The notes beneath the pieces are model-generated. The model saw only the letters and a program-made list of their open reading frames with translations. It was not told the DNA's origin and made no database searches. This document shows positions 59,885 through 64,000 of a DNA stretch of 64,000 nt, one piece after another. A program made the position numbers and the translations under genes. Source of the DNA: the human T2T-CHM13v2.0 reference genome, Homo sapiens. Every line of letters begins with the position of its first letter. The first letter of the stretch is position 1. The DNA lies in NCBI RefSeq assembly GCF_009914755.1, contig NC_060934.1; one strand, written 5' to 3'.

Positions 59885-60355
59885 AGGTGGGGCATGGTAG
59901 TATGCATCAGTAATCCCAGAAACTCAGGAGGCTGAAGTGGGAGGATCTCTTGAAGCCAGGAGCTGGAGACCAGCCCAGGCAACACAGTGAGACCCCCATC
60001 TCTAAAAAAACTTTTTTTGAAATTAGCCAGGTGTGGGGTCCTGGGGTTTCTGGGGTCCCTGCTTCTAGCCCCTCTGGCGGGTGAGCCCCGCGGGGAGGGT
60101 CCCAACGTGGCAAGGAGACCTACAAAGGGAGGCCGAGGCACCGGTGCAAGCACAAACCACACAGCAAAATTAGCCAGGTGTGGGGTCCCAGGGTTTCTGG
60201 GGTCCCAGCTACTTGGGAGGCTGAGGTGGGGAAGGCTGCTTGAGCCCAGACGTGGGAGGCTGCAGCAAGCTATGATGGCACCACTACACTCCATCCCGGG
60301 TGACAGACAGACTGAGACTTCATCTCTAAAAATAATAATAATAATAATAATAATA
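59885..60355 (+). mobile_element. AluJ carrying an internal 47-bp duplication and a 100-bp non-Alu insert
   Basis: Left arm, right-arm start 60020-60066, insert 60067-60166, repeated right-arm start 60167-60213, rest of right arm, (TAA)n tail. Confidence 0.88.
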
Positions 60356-63300
60356 AGCTCCTTTCTACCAGAAACCATGTCTAGCCTATATCTGAACTCT
60401 CAAGTATGGACCATGGGGGCTTTGCCTACAGCACTGCTCAGGCAGCACGGGAATTCCCAGGAGCTTTTGGAGCTGCATCCAAACTCCAGGAAGGGCTGCC
60501 CTTTTCAGTGACCTGCCCTGGCATCCCAGTGCTGGGTGGGAGGGAGCCCTCAGCCCTCCTTCGGTGGGGTAGTGAGGTTTCTGAGCAGAAATCCCAACAT
60601 CGTCTTTCTCATGAGTCCCTCTTTCTGCCCTGTTTGAGAAGGACAGGTTGAAATGCCATCGCCCATCGCTGGGGGCCTCAGCCTTCACCTCTGCCCTCAG
60701 GAAAAATGCTCCTTCCCAGGAGGCTACTAACATGGACTATTTGCCTGGTAGAGCCAGGGACCCCGGGGTCCTGATGTTGGGGATCTGCAGGCCCTATCCC
60801 CTCCAATCTGCAGAATAAAATAAATCCACAGCCCTCTTCTGCTTCCCAGGCACTGAGGCATCTTCTGCAAAAATAACATTTTCTTCTCTTTCCAGAGCTA
60901 TGGGTGCATGAACCAAAGGGAGGGCCAAGGCCCACTGGTCCCCATTGCCACTGGGAAGCTCGCCTGCAGGATCCGGAGTGCCTCGGCGCCATCCTCCCTG
61001 GAAGAAAGCTCCCTTGTTCCAGGCACACAAAGGATGTGCGCTGGGCAGGCGACAGGCCATGAATGCTAATGGCCCAGGCGCTTGCAGGCTCCAGCTCTGC
61101 CTGGCGGGAAAGCCAGCCTGGTGCCTCTGCCACTCTTCACGCTGAGCCAGCCCTGGCCTGGGGCTGCAATGCACATGGCAGCTCCCTTTCCTGGGGACCC
61201 CATTTCTTTGCAGTGCGGTGGCCCTGTCCCAGGCCAGAGGCGTGGAGCCCTCCCGTGCCTATCACGTGGGAGCGCCTGGGAACCCAGGCAAGCATCTGTT
61301 GCAGACTGCACAAACGTCTAAACATCCGTGCAAACTTGGACCAACAGGTCCTGCTGAAATGTGCTAACCATCTGCTTTTCCTTAGCTGTTTTTGAGCAAA
61401 TTATGTTTATTATGTTAATTTATTTTACTGTCAACAACACAGAATGACACAGTTGCTGCTAAATATCATTATATATCTCAGCCTGGCATATCACCAGCAG
61501 GGCTTTTTTTATTTTTTATTAATTTTTTTGTATATACAACAAGAATAAATACATATTGAAATGTCGATCTATTTAAAATGGTGTCCGGGATGGTAAAGTC
61601 ATCTGTACAGAAGGCCCTGGTTGCTCACCCTTCCAGCAAAGGCTTTTGCTAGGAGAGGCAGCACAGCGGCCATCTGGGTGGGGGCCTAGGCCTGCAGCCC
61701 GCCCAGGTCCCTCCAGACAGTTCCATGTTTGGCCAGGAACATGGGGCTTCTCAGAAGTTTGTGGGGTTAGGAAAGAGAGAGAGCGAGAGAGACAGAGAGA
61801 GAGAGAGAGAGGCTCCCAGGCGCCTGTTTTCTTCCCCAAACGTCCTCCTCCCTTAAAAAATCCTCCCATTTTCCAGATGGCCAAGCCAGGGGGACCCAGA
61901 GGAGCCAGGCAGAGAGAGGGTGTGCCCTAGTGACTCACTGGGAACCACCCTGAAACCCAAACAGCTGGCCAGGGGTTGCAGCTTATAATAATTACGTTTT
62001 TGATCATTTCCCCCCTGCAGAGACCAATAAACTCCACATTTCCAGAGAAAGAGAGAGGAGAAAAAATAAGGGCTGCTGAGCAGGAGGGAGGGAAGCCTGA
62101 CAAGGAGAAGATCGTTCTGGAAATGTACCAAATCATTGCGCGGGGCATGAAGGTACTGCTCTCCACAACTTCCTTAATGCTCAGCTAGTGGCCAAGCTAA
62201 GGAAGCTCAAAGTAGCACCATGCAGACTCAAATAGTTCATCAATTAGGTAATAAGCAACAGAAGGTAAGTGCAGTTTCCTGGGAGGAAACCAGGGCCTCA
62301 GACAGACACCAGAGCCCCTGCAGAAATGAACAGAGTTTCTTTCATTCCGCTCACAGGCCCGACTGAGATTTCATCTGCACACCCCAATTGGGGGGCAGCA
62401 GGAGAGGCCAGGGTGGGCTGCCCTGTGTCGTGGAGGGGAGGTTTGCCTGCGGACCCCTCAGAAGCTGAGAAAAATCCCCAGGTGGCGTTTTCACAGCACC
62501 AATGACCTCCATGGTCAAAAGATGTGGTAGCCAGGTGGCTGCTGGCTGTCCCTGCAAATATTTGGTTTCAGAGAATGAGTCGGATTACACAGTTTCATAT
62601 TTGGAGGCTGAGAGAGCTGCGGCCGTAAGCCTCCATCCTGGCTTGTCTGCAGCAGCCAGTAGACAGCCCATAAAAACACGGGGCTTATGTTCACACAGAT
62701 GGCTGTTGGTTTTATCGACTTGGGGAGAGGAGCAGAAGATGGTCACGGTGCAGCTGCCTGAGACTCTGTCAAATGGGTCTCAACTGCTGGGGACACAGTG
62801 ACCATCGAGGGCCACCTGGGTCCTAGAGGCCCCATGAGGTCTGGACATTCTCAGAAGGCTCCCTCCACACCCCTGAAATGTGTACAGGACTCTGTCACTA
62901 CCCACCTCCCAGAGCCACCACCCCACCTCCTCCCAGTCCCACCAAATGAATGACTAGGGCCCGGGCTTGAAGGATGGCCACAGCGCTGGTTCCTGTCCCT
63001 CTGGGTCTCAGGCTGGGCCTCCTTCCTTTCTCTAGGAGCCCACTCAATCCTTGGGAAACAATAATACACTGTTTCACCCTAAAATCGGTGCCTAAATTTT
63101 ATCTCTTCAAGGGTATCTTCTGTTTAATTGGGAGCTAAGCCTTGAATCAAAGAAACGGATCCGTCATTGCAGAATGTCTTACTTAGTAGATGGCATGAAG
63201 GGAGAGCGTCTGGTGCCCTGTGTGTTAACCTCATTGCAGGGAGGAGAAGAAAGTGGGCAGAGACCATCCCAGCCCCACTAAATCCACGCTACCGCCCGGG

Positions 63301-64000
63301 AGGATCCCAGAAAAGGCAGGGGAAGGGGCTTGGAGAGGGAGGCTGGCCACACGGTGGTGCTATTGCCCACGGCGGTCTAGTTGGCCTCCGAACTGGGGGT
63401 GGAGGGTGGGAAGTGGTTAGAACCATCCCCAGCAAAGAGAGAAGAGAGTGCTGACTTCAACTCAGTGGCAACCAGGGGGCATAGATGAAAAAAACAAATT
63501 GCAAATTCTTCCACCTCGGCCTCAATCTCTGTGATAAAACCCTGCGGTTCTCTGATGATTTCTGGGGTGATGGGGTGGGGCTGGGTTAAGAAGAGACTTA
63601 TACTGTGATTCCTGGGTTGGGGGACGGCGCTACGACTCTAAGGTTTTAAGCAGTGATCCCAGCAGGTTAACTGGGGCAGTAAGTGCTGTCTTTCTCGGGG
63701 AGGGAGGGAGTTCAGCTCCAAAGGCGGCCTGGTTCGCAGGCTCCTTTCCCTAAGATCCTTTAGAAATCGTTCCCATCCCAGAAAGGAAGCTGGGGCGCAG
63801 CTGTGAGCGCCCCCCTCTCCCCCCGCCTGCCCCCACCCCCTCTGAGCTCCCCGCTTTGCTCTGAAAAAAACCAAAAGCATCTCTCGATGCTGGGGTTTCT
63901 TCACATAAAGTGATTACCACGTGTCAGAAATAAACTGCAGTCCCCTTTGGAGAACAGTGAGGTTGGATCAAAAAGGAGAACTATTTCAAAACATGCTGCC

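Noticed and set aside
62119-62160. EMYQIIARGMKVL resembles the kinase QIARGM motif
   Set aside because: No HRD or other kinase motifs in frame and no neighbouring kinase exons; likely coincidence.

Overview
Primate (human/ape-like) non-coding genomic DNA of moderate GC content. I see no protein-coding gene: every long ORF in the track is explained by antisense Alu, L1 or Tigger remnants, or by (CA)n and GA-rich low complexity. About 39 Alus (J, S and one Y) are interleaved with L2, MIR, old L1M and L1PA/PB fragments, DNA transposons (MER1A, MER1B, MER94, MER2, MER20, Tigger1) and LTR elements (MLT1, MST, THE1, MER21, LTR33, and a complete solo LTR12 with its TSD). Between the repeat clusters lie repeat-poor blocks rich in homeodomain-type motifs, plus one strong CTCF motif, as expected for a regulatory landscape around a developmental gene; the locus cannot be identified from sequence alone. 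The most unusual signals are three insertion scars not explained by simple retrotransposition: (1) 130 bp of MER21 flank plus an Alu 5' end copied in inverted orientation into another Alu about 6 kb away; (2) a ~335 bp LTR/LTR junction copied 1.8 kb upstream and bracketed by a perfect 16-bp inverted repeat; (3) a 100-bp CpG-rich orphan insert inside an AluJ, flanked by a 47-bp duplication. There are also four tandem Alu pairs that reused the same target site and a twin-primed inverted L1. I found no evidence of a new gene system. Repeat family names were recognised by eye from consensus features, and boundaries are approximate unless a TSD is given.
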